Shown piece by piece: positions 39,554-48,219 of a DNA stretch of 64,000 nt. This stretch comes from a virus, in IMG/VR virus record IMGVR_UViG_3300047469_000312, positions 96,001 through 160,000 of that record, one strand, 5' to 3'. The notes beneath the pieces were generated by a model. The model had not been told where the DNA came from. It saw only the letters and a list, made by a program, of their open reading frames with translations, and made no database searches. The translations under genes were made by a program, and so were the position numbers. Every line of letters starts with the position of its first letter. Position 1 is the first letter of the stretch.

Positions 39554-40276
39554 ATGAACCCAATCGCCCTTCTGGCAGCAGCGCAGCGTGCGCAAGCTGT
39601 CTATATTCCCGATGCGCTGGCTGCTCAGAAGGCCTTCAGCGGGCTCGGGATGACTTACCTGGGACAATACCAGGATGCCACTCACCAAGGCGCTGTATCG
39701 ACTGATAGCAAGGGTCGTTACTATGTGTCCATTTCCGGCACGCGTTACTCCGAAGGCTACGGGGCGGATCTCTTTGCTGATATTTGGCTGGCACCGCATG
39801 ACTGCTTAAAGGGCGGTCAAGTCGCCTCAGGCATCATCGAAGGCATGGACAAGTTCTGGGCCTGGGCTTTGAGTAAGATCCCGGCTACCGCAGAAATCAG
39901 TGTCGAGGGTCACTCCTTGGGGGCTGAGCGCGCTTTGCTCACGCCGATGTTTCTGCCCAAAGAACGCGTCGGTGACATCTATGCATTTGAGCCGCCGATG
40001 TTTGCCACCCCGGAATGGTGGGCAGCCTATGGACCCGATCTGGTGAACGCGGTCTGTACGGTACAAGGTGCTGACCGCTGGTTTGCCTGGCCCCCGCGTC
40101 AAGGCTATGTCCACAACCCGGCAGGCAAGTATATGTGGTTGATGTCGACCGCCGCTGAGTGGATCAAGGCGACTGACTGGAAACCCTCCGGCTTCTCAGA
40201 CCAGGACCACTCGATTGACCGTTTGGTGGAGCGGGTGCAAGAAGCCATTCATGGCAACTGGTTCCCGCAATTCTAG
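39554..40276 (+). CDS. class 3 lipase / alpha-beta hydrolase
   Basis: VSISGT, VEGHSLG nucleophile elbow, YAFEPP, D, DH. Confidence 0.85.
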   Translation: MNPIALLAAAQRAQAVYIPDALAAQKAFSGLGMTYLGQYQDATHQGAVSTDSKGRYYVSISGTRYSEGYGADLFADIWLAPHDCLKGGQVASGIIEGMDKFWAWALSKIPATAEISVEGHSLGAERALLTPMFLPKERVGDIYAFEPPMFATPEWWAAYGPDLVNAVCTVQGADRWFAWPPRQGYVHNPAGKYMWLMSTAAEWIKATDWKPSGFSDQDHSIDRLVERVQEAIHGNWFPQF

Positions 40277-40386
40277 TATTCTATGGAACTGTTCGTGATG
40301 GGGCATCGTTCCTTCTCCTGAGAGGTGGTTGTCGTTCGGCGCGAGCCGGTTATAAGGGTGGGCTCTCCGGGCCTGCCTTTATGACG
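40277..40386 (+). ncRNA. candidate late sRNA 1
   Basis: TATTCTATG start motif, CU-rich TTCCTTCTCCT, terminal hairpin ATAAGGGTGGGC...GCCTGCCTTTAT + TATGACG. Confidence 0.4.
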
Positions 40387-40387
40387 C

Positions 40388-40528
40388 TATGTTATGCAGA
40401 GCCTGTGTGGCCTGTTAAGTCTACGCGATGAGAGCGCTTCATTGAAAGCGCATACGCTCGATGAGACCGTGAGACCTCCTCCGGAAAGGGGACATGGATG
40501 CCGGGACTTCGGTCCCGGCTCTATGCTG
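40388..40528 (+). ncRNA. candidate late sRNA 2
   Basis: TATGTTATG start motif, GCGCTT..AAGCGC hairpin, ACCTCCTCC, terminal GCCGGGAC-ttcg-GTCCCGGC + TATGCTG. Confidence 0.4.
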
Positions 40529-40576
40529 CAAATTTTACGTATGTGGCTTACGGTATGCGGAAATGAGGAGGAATTC

Positions 40577-40978
40577 ATGGAACAAACAGAATACTTAATC
40601 ATCGATACCCTGAAGCCATTAGGGCGGTTTCTGAAGGACACGGCGTTCTTTAGACAGACCCAGTACGATGGTGAAGTGATTGCTCAGGAATACATCGAGG
40701 ACTATTTAGATCAGGTGCTCGATCGGGTGATTGATTGTGTCTCGCACGAGCATCAGGCCCACTCTCGGCTGTGGGACTACGCCAACGAAATCAAGGACAA
40801 TGGTTTCTTGACGGACTCGGCACCCGAATCTATTGTTCTGGCGCAAGGCGTCGTGGTGTTGGGTGATGCGTTGGTGGACCAGCTGCGTGAGCTGCGGGCT
40901 TACGATGAGAAACACCAATTCAATTATCATCTCTCGGGTCGCATTGCACACGCTGACCTGATTCTCGCGAAGATCTAA
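40577..40978 (+). CDS. hypothetical protein, tandem paralog of 40981-41394
   Basis: SD GAGGAGG sets start at 40577. Confidence 0.75.
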   Translation: MEQTEYLIIDTLKPLGRFLKDTAFFRQTQYDGEVIAQEYIEDYLDQVLDRVIDCVSHEHQAHSRLWDYANEIKDNGFLTDSAPESIVLAQGVVVLGDALVDQLRELRAYDEKHQFNYHLSGRIAHADLILAKI

Positions 40979-40980
40979 TC

Positions 40981-41394
40981 ATGCTCTATCCTAAAACTGT
41001 GGAAACACCACCGGGCCCGGAGCGCATTGTGTTCGATCTGTGGGACATCGAACCCGCGTTTCGCAAGAAGGTCAACTGGATGAAAGACTTCGAGGGTTCA
41101 CTACCCGAAGTGCTGGAGCTCTTGCCGCCGTACATCAACAACCCCATCGACGCGGAGCAGGGACTGAAGTCGTACATGGAGTGGACTGTCAGAGAACATG
41201 CGCTGCAAGGTTGCGAGAACGATGGCAAGATCTACGCGGGAGCAATCCAGTTAGTGGGTCAGTACATGATCGAGCAGTTCATCAAGCTCGGTCTTTATCG
41301 GGACGGCATGTGCTACTACGTGCCCGATGGTTGGCTGGATAGCTACTCACCGGTCTACAAGAAGGTGAGCATCGAAGAACTCTTTAACGTCTAA
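40981..41394 (+). CDS. hypothetical protein, tandem paralog of 40577-40978
   Basis: AIQLVGQYMIEQFIKLGLY vs GVVVLGDALVDQLRELRAY. Confidence 0.75.
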   Translation: MLYPKTVETPPGPERIVFDLWDIEPAFRKKVNWMKDFEGSLPEVLELLPPYINNPIDAEQGLKSYMEWTVREHALQGCENDGKIYAGAIQLVGQYMIEQFIKLGLYRDGMCYYVPDGWLDSYSPVYKKVSIEELFNV

Positions 41395-41398
41395 CATC

Positions 41399-42142
41399 AT
41401 GGAAGAAGACAACAAGAAAGTCCCCCTCCTGCTTTTTTCAGGCGGCATGGACTCAACCTACCTGCTTCAGTGGTTCCTGCACTATGGGGATGTGGATACG
41501 CTCTTTGTGCAAGCTAACCCGCATCCGCTGAAGTTGGTCAAGGAAAAGGAGGCGCGCAAGAAGCTCTTCGCGCTCTTCGAAAAGCACTATAAACATCGCG
41601 TACTCCAGGATCACGAGATCGAGCTGAATCGACTCTTTGGCGAGAATAGTGACATCAAGGCGGTGCAACCGATCAGCTGGTTGACGGCGGCGTTGATTGC
41701 CTTTGATTCGCAACGCCATCATTCGGTGAGCGTGGGCTACGTGCTCGGGGACCAAGCACCGGTCTATCAGCAACAGTTTAAAGCTTACTGGGAAGCGGGC
41801 TGGGTGATGACGCGTGGACCACGTGAGGCCGTGCCGCAGTTGGTCTTCCCGCTGGTGGAAACGCACCACACCAAGTACGACACCATCAATCGAATCGACA
41901 AGCGGCTCGTGATGGCCACCTGGGTGTGTGAGACGCCGTATGAAGTCGGCGAGGCTGCGCACAAGACCATCAAAGCGTGTACGCGCTGTGGTCCGTGTCG
42001 ACTCTTGCATCACACGGTCAAAGACTGGGAAGACAATCACCATCAGAACTACCTGGGTGAAGTGATCAAAGCAATGAATCCGGACAAGTACCCGAGTTCC
42101 TTGCTGCATGAATTGGCCGTCCAGCCGAAGGACTTCGTCTAA
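41399..42142 (+). CDS. QueC-like PP-loop ATPase
   Basis: LLFSGGMDSTY, FPL...K, TW.C..P...C.RCGPC. Confidence 0.75.
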   Translation: MEEDNKKVPLLLFSGGMDSTYLLQWFLHYGDVDTLFVQANPHPLKLVKEKEARKKLFALFEKHYKHRVLQDHEIELNRLFGENSDIKAVQPISWLTAALIAFDSQRHHSVSVGYVLGDQAPVYQQQFKAYWEAGWVMTRGPREAVPQLVFPLVETHHTKYDTINRIDKRLVMATWVCETPYEVGEAAHKTIKACTRCGPCRLLHHTVKDWEDNHHQNYLGEVIKAMNPDKYPSSLLHELAVQPKDFV

Positions 42143-42330
42143 AAGTAATTTTTGCCTTGCATTCACCATGTTGTGCACACATGACCACATGACCGATCTA
42201 ACCGGATTCCCCACTCGATTGCGAGGCTAACAGGGGAGACCAACCAGATCGTCCTGCTCGAGGAGCCAACATGAAAAAGGAAGCGTGATGAAGAAGTACT
42301 AATTCATTTCAGTTTCTGTTTGAGTGTAAG

Positions 42331-42681
42331 ATGAGCAATTACGACGAAGTTAAGATTGACCTGGGGATGCCCGCCTCGCACAACTTGTTGTCTGAGACGG
42401 ATCGCATGGAGTACGCCGATGACACGGATTGCGTGGAGTCGGTCGAAGTAATGAGTGTTGCGGGGCACGGCTTCACGTGGGATGCCATCAGGCGAGTGCC
42501 GATGCCTGCGCGTCAGATCGGTTTTGAGATCAAACGCGACGGCAAGCATGAAGGCCTGGTGGTATTCAACACGGAGCTCGGGGATGTCACCCTGGCACCA
42601 ACAACGAACGTCGGGGCGCTCGAAGGGGTGATGATGACGGTGCGCGTCACGCGCGTGAACTACAATCGTCAGCTGCGGTAA
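42331..42681 (+). CDS. hypothetical protein
   Basis: 116-aa ORF. Confidence 0.65.
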   Translation: MSNYDEVKIDLGMPASHNLLSETDRMEYADDTDCVESVEVMSVAGHGFTWDAIRRVPMPARQIGFEIKRDGKHEGLVVFNTELGDVTLAPTTNVGALEGVMMTVRVTRVNYNRQLR

Positions 42682-42688
42682 AGCAGGA

Positions 42689-42742
42689 CCTTTAATGGTG
42701 GGGCGGCGGGATTCGAAAACTAATCGAACCTCCGTTAAAGGG
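42689..42742 (+). promoter_or_regulatory. SD-occluding leader hairpin containing anti-tRNA-3'-end sequence
   Basis: CCTTTAATGG/CCGTTAAAGG outer stem, TTCGA/TCGAA inner stem. Confidence 0.4.
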
Positions 42743-42749
42743 TAGTAAA

Positions 42750-43328
42750 ATGAAGAAGATCATCTCGCTGTTTCAACGCAACTGGGACAAGGACACGCAC
42801 GGGGAACGGCGTGTTCGTGATGAAGTGACTGCTGGTGCAGAATGGGTGTTAAATGGCGAAGGGGTTGCCACGCGCAAGTGGGACGGCGTCGCGGTCTTGA
42901 TTCAGGCAGGAAGCGCTTTCATGCGTTTCGATCTGAAGCAGGGTCGCCAACGGCCGGAAGGCTTTATCCCCGCCCAGCCTGAAGCTGATCCCGTTACCGG
43001 TCACTGGCCGGGTTGGGTGAGTGCGCAGACACCTGCCGGTAAGTACGTCATGGAAGCGGTCTTGAAAGCGCTGGACGCGTGGGGGGAAGTACCCGATGGA
43101 ACCTACGAGGTGTGTGGGCCGAAGATTGGCACTCGTCATGGGGCGAATCCGGAGAAGTTGACGGAGCACGTTCTGATCCCGCACGGGAAAGATGTGATCG
43201 AAGACTGTCCGCGCACGTTCTGGGAACTGAAGGCGTATTTGCAAGCCCGCTCGATTGAAGGCATTGTGTGGCACCACCCGGATGGCCGCATGGTGAAGAT
43301 CAAGAAGGCGGATTTCCCCGTTCAGTAA
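42750..43328 (+). CDS. ATP-dependent RNA ligase-like protein (DUF5565/RLIG1-like)
   Basis: ATRKWDG (motif I KxDG), HWPGW, GTYE.CGPKI...NP, EGIVW...DGRMVKIK (motifs IV/V). Confidence 0.75.
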   Translation: MKKIISLFQRNWDKDTHGERRVRDEVTAGAEWVLNGEGVATRKWDGVAVLIQAGSAFMRFDLKQGRQRPEGFIPAQPEADPVTGHWPGWVSAQTPAGKYVMEAVLKALDAWGEVPDGTYEVCGPKIGTRHGANPEKLTEHVLIPHGKDVIEDCPRTFWELKAYLQARSIEGIVWHHPDGRMVKIKKADFPVQ

Positions 43329-43332
43329 TGGT

Positions 43333-43368
43333 CATAGGCCCGGAGGGAAACCTCCGGGCTTTATGCCG
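43333..43368 (+). terminator. hairpin + TATGCCG
   Basis: CATAGGCCCGGAGG-gaaa-CCTCCGGGCTTTATG-CCG. Confidence 0.75.
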
Positions 43369-43374
43369 CTCGTC

Positions 43375-43383
43375 CATGCTATG
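43375..43383 (+). promoter_or_regulatory. late-promoter candidate CATGCTATG
   Basis: TATG core upstream of large virion gene. Confidence 0.5.
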
Positions 43384-43406
43384 TTAATACTAAGCAAGAG
43401 GACATC

Positions 43407-46400
43407 ATGAGCTTGATCAAGGCCAAGCTGGCAGCGCTGGTCAAAATACTCGACCCCACTGGCGCGCTAATGCCACAAGAAGTTCAAGAGCCGCCGGTGT
43501 CAACTGAGATGGCTGAGTCTACCGAGACCCTCAGCGTCGATGAAGCTCCTCCACAAGAACCCGCCGTTGTTGAGCCGGTGGAAGAGCCGATTCCTGAACC
43601 TGAACCCGCGCCGCTGGTCGAAGAGCCCGTTGTGGTGGCTGAAGCCGAAGTGGAACCGGAAGCCGTGGCTGAGCCCGAGCCAACACTCGAACCGACTCCT
43701 GAGCCCGAGCCCATCGTGGTCGATGAAGTAGTCGAAGCTGCTCCAGCACCCAAGATGGCTTTACGGATGATGGCTGCGCCGCATCGAGCGCTGAAAGCAA
43801 CCCCGAGCACGAGCCCACTCACATCCTCGTTGCAAAGTCTGCAGACCGCCATGACGGACTTCGTGGCGCCGTATAACTCAGCGCTCGTGAACACTAAAGT
43901 GCAAGAAGCGGTCACTGCCGACAGTGCTGCCGAACTGGGTGGAGCAACACCTGCTGCTGTGATCACAGCCTTGGAAGCAGATCTGGATGCTCACGCCGCG
44001 ACTTACGGTCAATCGCACAACGTCACGCCAGTTCAAGCAGGAACCTATTCGAAAACGCAAGTAGATAGCGAGTTGCAGGGTCGAGTGGCCTTTAGCGGCA
44101 TGCCGCTCACGCGCTATGGGGAGCTCAGTTATCTTCCGGCTGGCGTGTCCGGTTCGTTCGAGGGTGCTACCACCAACATCGCCCTCTACGGGGAAGCGCG
44201 TAACTATCCAGGCATTGTGGAAGATGATGGCACCTTTGTCTTCTTGCGCAGCGGGACCAATGGCTCCAAGCAAGGGGTGTACTATGCGTACACCAAGAAC
44301 GTACTGGCTGCCACGGATCTGACGCCCACCCGAACCAACCGCAAGTATGCTCCGGCGTATTTCCCGTCGGGCTCGAGTGCGCGCTACGTGTGTCGCAGTG
44401 ACATCAATGGTGCCTGTATTTTGGGCCGACTGCAAGATGCCAGCAACAATCTCACGGGCTGGTTCCTCTCACTCACGCACGGCACCTTTAACGATGCCAA
44501 TCATACGGGTTGCGTGATTGCTGCCGGTAGCCTGCCGGGGGTGATTAATAACGCCTACCCGGAAGCATTCGTCGGCAATGATTCGGTTTTCCTGATCTTC
44601 CCCAATGCGGACGTGACGGACAATACTGGCTCACCGGTGGAATACCAGATTTACCAGATTCCCTTGTCGTCTATCGGCAATGGCAATACCGTTGTCCCCA
44701 CGGCGCTCACGGGCTGGACGATCAATAGTTTCTACGGGCAGAACATCGCCAGCACCAACATGCGCTTTGCCAATGCCTGCGTGGATGTGGCAGCCAATCA
44801 ACCGCTGGTGGTACGTGACCCGAGCGCGAACGGCTGCTACATCGTGCCGTTCTATCCGAACCAGTTGGGCCACTGTACGTATAGTGCACAAGGCTCGGAC
44901 GGCAATATCCGCACCCGCATCATGGTGGAGTTCCTGGTGCAAAATCCGGCTACGGGCGAGCAACCGGTGGTGAACATGTTCTACACCTTTGTGTGGAATC
45001 CCACCAATCGCACGGGTGGTGTGGAGGCGGCCTATAAGGGACCACTCACCGTGGCGGTGAACGGGAGCAATAACGTCGTGCTCTCGGGACCCATTCTGTT
45101 AACGGATCGCAGCGCGATTTCCTCGGGTAACTGGCTCACGGGTGAAACGCTTTCCTATCATCCCTCGGGCTACTGGGTCTCGGTGGTCGATCAGAACCAA
45201 CCGGACTTGAACTGCTGGGTGACGCGCTGTAAGTTAAATGCGGGTGCCACTACACCCGTGCTGGCGTTGGCGGGCGGTCTCACGGTCACCGGCAAGCTTA
45301 ACACTGTATTCACCCCGGCGTACGGTTCAGCGGTCGGTGGGGGGTTGATGGGTTCGTTTCAGCTTCCCAATAACCGGGTGATGGTGTACGGTGGTGGCAA
45401 GAACGCCGCGGGGAGTTTCCAGACCGATCTGATCTTGGCTCAAAAGGGTGCGGATGGCTACACCTATAGCTCGCAGAACTTTGGCACGCTCACGGGCTTT
45501 GCCCCGAATGCCTACCGGCAGTTCTTAACGGACATCGGGAAAAATCCGATCACGTATGGGGGCATGATCAGTGAAATCACCGCAGCAGGCGCAATCACCT
45601 GTACGGGCGCTTCGTATATGGAGAACATTTCCAATACGGGCTACACGAACTGTGATAGCAATCTGACGCTCACGGGCAGTACCTCAATTGCCCCTGCGCT
45701 GTATGGTTCGATCAAATCTGCAATGCTCTCGGCATTGGGAGTGGGGGCAGTGGATTCACGTGTGACGATCGTGGTGCCGCAGAATGCTTCGATTCCGCCG
45801 TTTGCTGTGCTAAACTGGGTCTCCACCGATGCCGTGGCGAGAGACATGGCGGCTTTGGGAGAACTCTCCATTACAGCGGGTTCTCGGGCAGGGGCGATTA
45901 CGGGCTTGTCGCTGGTGTCGGTGTCACCGGCAAAGCAGAATTACAACTTTGCGAGTGGCTTCACGGACAACCAGAGTAATTACAAGTACACCTACATGGG
46001 TGGCGGCGTGACGATCGTCGAGTGTTCGGACTGCTGGCTCATTGGTGGGTCGTCCAAACACTTCCTGAATCGAGTGCTCTTCACAGGTGTCTACACGTAT
46101 CGTTTTGCGGTACCGAAGAGTACGAACCGTCCCGACTGGAATCGCTTGGTGACCAATCCCGTGTGGGGACAAATCGCCTCGACTTTCTGGGGCGGGGTGC
46201 CGGGGAAGGGTTTCGGGGAATTCCAGCAGCTGGTGACGAATTCCGATGACCTGACTAAGCTCACGTTCCGACCCTTTGCGACCAACCTCTCGACCTACGA
46301 TGCGTGGACGCAGTCCACGCAAGCCAATTGGTCGGTGCAGGTGTCGCAGGATGTGGCACAAGGCTGGATTGTCTACTTTACGGACATTCAGCCCCTGATC

Positions 46401-46724
46401 ATGAATGGCGTGTATTACAAGCTACAACCCGCCACGATTGATCTCACCACCATCCAGGCCAGCCCGGCGAACACGACCTTCTATATCTACGTGGTGTTCA
46501 CCAATGGGACTCCAGCGTACGTGATTCGCACCACCGATCAGCCCGAGTCACCGACTGTGCTGTTCGTGGGCACGCTAGTCACCAACGCAACGCAGATCAG
46601 CGCGATCAACATGCAAAAGGTCACGCGGCTGGGGAACTATCGGGTCTCCGCCACGCGTGCAGGCGGCGCGATTCCGGTTTCGGCAGGCACGCCGGATGCC
46701 ACTGCAGCACTTATCTGGAAGTAA
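43407..46724 (+). CDS. large tail/tail-fibre virion protein with acidic Pro/Glu-rich N-terminal extension
   Basis: H......H.VT..Q.G.Y fibre motif; G/S/T/N-rich body; C-terminus shared with 46820-47503. Confidence 0.8.
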   Translation: MSLIKAKLAALVKILDPTGALMPQEVQEPPVSTEMAESTETLSVDEAPPQEPAVVEPVEEPIPEPEPAPLVEEPVVVAEAEVEPEAVAEPEPTLEPTPEPEPIVVDEVVEAAPAPKMALRMMAAPHRALKATPSTSPLTSSLQSLQTAMTDFVAPYNSALVNTKVQEAVTADSAAELGGATPAAVITALEADLDAHAATYGQSHNVTPVQAGTYSKTQVDSELQGRVAFSGMPLTRYGELSYLPAGVSGSFEGATTNIALYGEARNYPGIVEDDGTFVFLRSGTNGSKQGVYYAYTKNVLAATDLTPTRTNRKYAPAYFPSGSSARYVCRSDINGACILGRLQDASNNLTGWFLSLTHGTFNDANHTGCVIAAGSLPGVINNAYPEAFVGNDSVFLIFPNADVTDNTGSPVEYQIYQIPLSSIGNGNTVVPTALTGWTINSFYGQNIASTNMRFANACVDVAANQPLVVRDPSANGCYIVPFYPNQLGHCTYSAQGSDGNIRTRIMVEFLVQNPATGEQPVVNMFYTFVWNPTNRTGGVEAAYKGPLTVAVNGSNNVVLSGPILLTDRSAISSGNWLTGETLSYHPSGYWVSVVDQNQPDLNCWVTRCKLNAGATTPVLALAGGLTVTGKLNTVFTPAYGSAVGGGLMGSFQLPNNRVMVYGGGKNAAGSFQTDLILAQKGADGYTYSSQNFGTLTGFAPNAYRQFLTDIGKNPITYGGMISEITAAGAITCTGASYMENISNTGYTNCDSNLTLTGSTSIAPALYGSIKSAMLSALGVGAVDSRVTIVVPQNASIPPFAVLNWVSTDAVARDMAALGELSITAGSRAGAITGLSLVSVSPAKQNYNFASGFTDNQSNYKYTYMGGGVTIVECSDCWLIGGSSKHFLNRVLFTGVYTYRFAVPKSTNRPDWNRLVTNPVWGQIASTFWGGVPGKGFGEFQQLVTNSDDLTKLTFRPFATNLSTYDAWTQSTQANWSVQVSQDVAQGWIVYFTDIQPLIMNGVYYKLQPATIDLTTIQASPANTTFYIYVVFTNGTPAYVIRTTDQPESPTVLFVGTLVTNATQISAINMQKVTRLGNYRVSATRAGGAIPVSAGTPDATAALIWK

Positions 46725-46819
46725 GCATTCATGAGAACCAGGGTACTTCGGTATCCTGGTTTTTATGCTGTCGGTTTAATCGGCAATCTTATAGAAGATC
46801 TCTTTACACGGATGTGATC

Positions 46820-47503
46820 ATGGACCTGAGCGGATTGAACGGCGCGCTGAATACTTTTAGCACGGCGGTAGTAGGTGGGATTAGCCGGAAGGTGCAAACT
46901 GCCTACTCGGCTGATAACGCACTGGCTCTTAATGGCCAGACCGCCACCCAGATGACCAACACGGCCAACGCCCATACGGACGCGCACGCCAATAACACCA
47001 GCAACCCGCACGGTACGACTGCCGCCCAGATTGGCGCGTATAGCTCGGGCCAGATTGACACGGCCGTCGCTGCGCTCTTGCCTTCCGGTATTGTTCCGCT
47101 GTCCGCCTTTGGCGATGCGATGGGCACCCCGATTCCGGTCAGCATCAATACGTCGAACAAGACGGTGAATTTCACCGCAGGCATTCCGTGTCTGATTGCA
47201 GGCCAGGCGTTTACGCTGGGTGCTTACAGTCTCGCCTATGCGACCAATGCGACGACGCTTTATTACCTGAAGCTGACAGCGGGAGTCATCAGCATCATCG
47301 CTTCGTCCACAGTCCTGGCGGAGTCGAACACCACCATGTACATTGGTAAGATTGTGACGGATGCCTCGGGCAATGTCACCACGAACACCATTGCGCGGGT
47401 GGTACGGGTCGATGTCTATCGGGTGTCGGCAACCGCAGCGGGCTCTTCGATTGCTGTCTCTAACGGCACTCCTGACCAAAGCGCGAGCCTCGCCTGGTCC
47501 TAA
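46820..47503 (+). CDS. short tail-fibre-like paralog of 43407-46724
   Basis: NPHGTTAAQIGAY; RVSATAAGSSIAVSNGTPD vs RVSATRAGGAIPVSAGTPD. Confidence 0.8.
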   Translation: MDLSGLNGALNTFSTAVVGGISRKVQTAYSADNALALNGQTATQMTNTANAHTDAHANNTSNPHGTTAAQIGAYSSGQIDTAVAALLPSGIVPLSAFGDAMGTPIPVSINTSNKTVNFTAGIPCLIAGQAFTLGAYSLAYATNATTLYYLKLTAGVISIIASSTVLAESNTTMYIGKIVTDASGNVTTNTIARVVRVDVYRVSATAAGSSIAVSNGTPDQSASLAWS

Positions 47504-47523
47504 TTTTATTTTGAGGTTTTACG

Positions 47524-48024
47524 ATGCCTTACTACCGCGACGCGAGCGGCAATGTGCTCTTTTTCAATTCGATTGCGTTCGCGCATGATCTGCCTGCCGG
47601 TGCCACGGTGATCAGTGATGCGGAAGCGCTGGCGGATACTCCCACACCCTTGGGTGAAATCCAGAACTTGCAGATCCAGCAAATCGACGATGCTTGTGCA
47701 GCGGCGATTGTCAATGGTTTCACGTCCAGTGCACTGGGTGCCGCCTATCACTATCCGGCCAAAAGCACCGATCAGGCGAACCTGGCAGCGGCGGTGCAGC
47801 GCTCGATGTTGCCGGGTTTTACTTCGGTGCTCTTCTGGTGTGCAGACCGGTACGGTAACTGGGCCATGCGTGGTCACAACCAAGCCCAAATCCAGCAAGT
47901 CGGCATTGACGGCTTTAACTGGATTAGCAAGTGCATCGCCCAAAAGGCTCAGCTTGAAGTGCAGGTGATGAGCCTGCAAGATCCGGCTGCCATTGCCAAG
48001 ATCGTCTGGTCGAATCCGACCTAA
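47524..48024 (+). CDS. tail fibre assembly protein (DUF4376-like)
   Basis: C.AAI..GF.SSALG..Y.Y....DQ.NL; WCAD..G.W....H...QI..VG.D. Confidence 0.75.
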   Translation: MPYYRDASGNVLFFNSIAFAHDLPAGATVISDAEALADTPTPLGEIQNLQIQQIDDACAAAIVNGFTSSALGAAYHYPAKSTDQANLAAAVQRSMLPGFTSVLFWCADRYGNWAMRGHNQAQIQQVGIDGFNWISKCIAQKAQLEVQVMSLQDPAAIAKIVWSNPT

Positions 48025-48124
48025 TTGATGCCCAGGGCTACGGCCCTGGGTCTATGCCGTTTTTACTCGTGGCCGCCATGATTTGTCTATGGTGGAAAGA
48101 GGACCCGGATCAAGGATTCCAGAT

Positions 48125-48152
48125 AAAATCAGCCCTATATAACAGGAGTGAG
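48125..48152 (+). promoter_or_regulatory. phiKZ-type early promoter (AAATCAGCCCTATATAAC-N4-GTGAG)
   Basis: Matches 32689 and 61864 motifs. Confidence 0.7.
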
Positions 48153-48219
48153 AAGGTTGTAGTACCCTCTTCTCCTAGGCTTGAATTGATCAACGAAGAA
48201 GATAAAGGAGTTGTTTGTG

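Noticed and set aside
40394-40576. N-terminal extension of ORF 40394-40978
   Set aside because: No SD at 40394, contains a terminator hairpin; strong SD places the start at 40577
42696-42717. tRNA gene on minus strand
   Set aside because: Only a T-loop-to-CCA segment; no D or anticodon arm (kept as a regulatory hypothesis instead)
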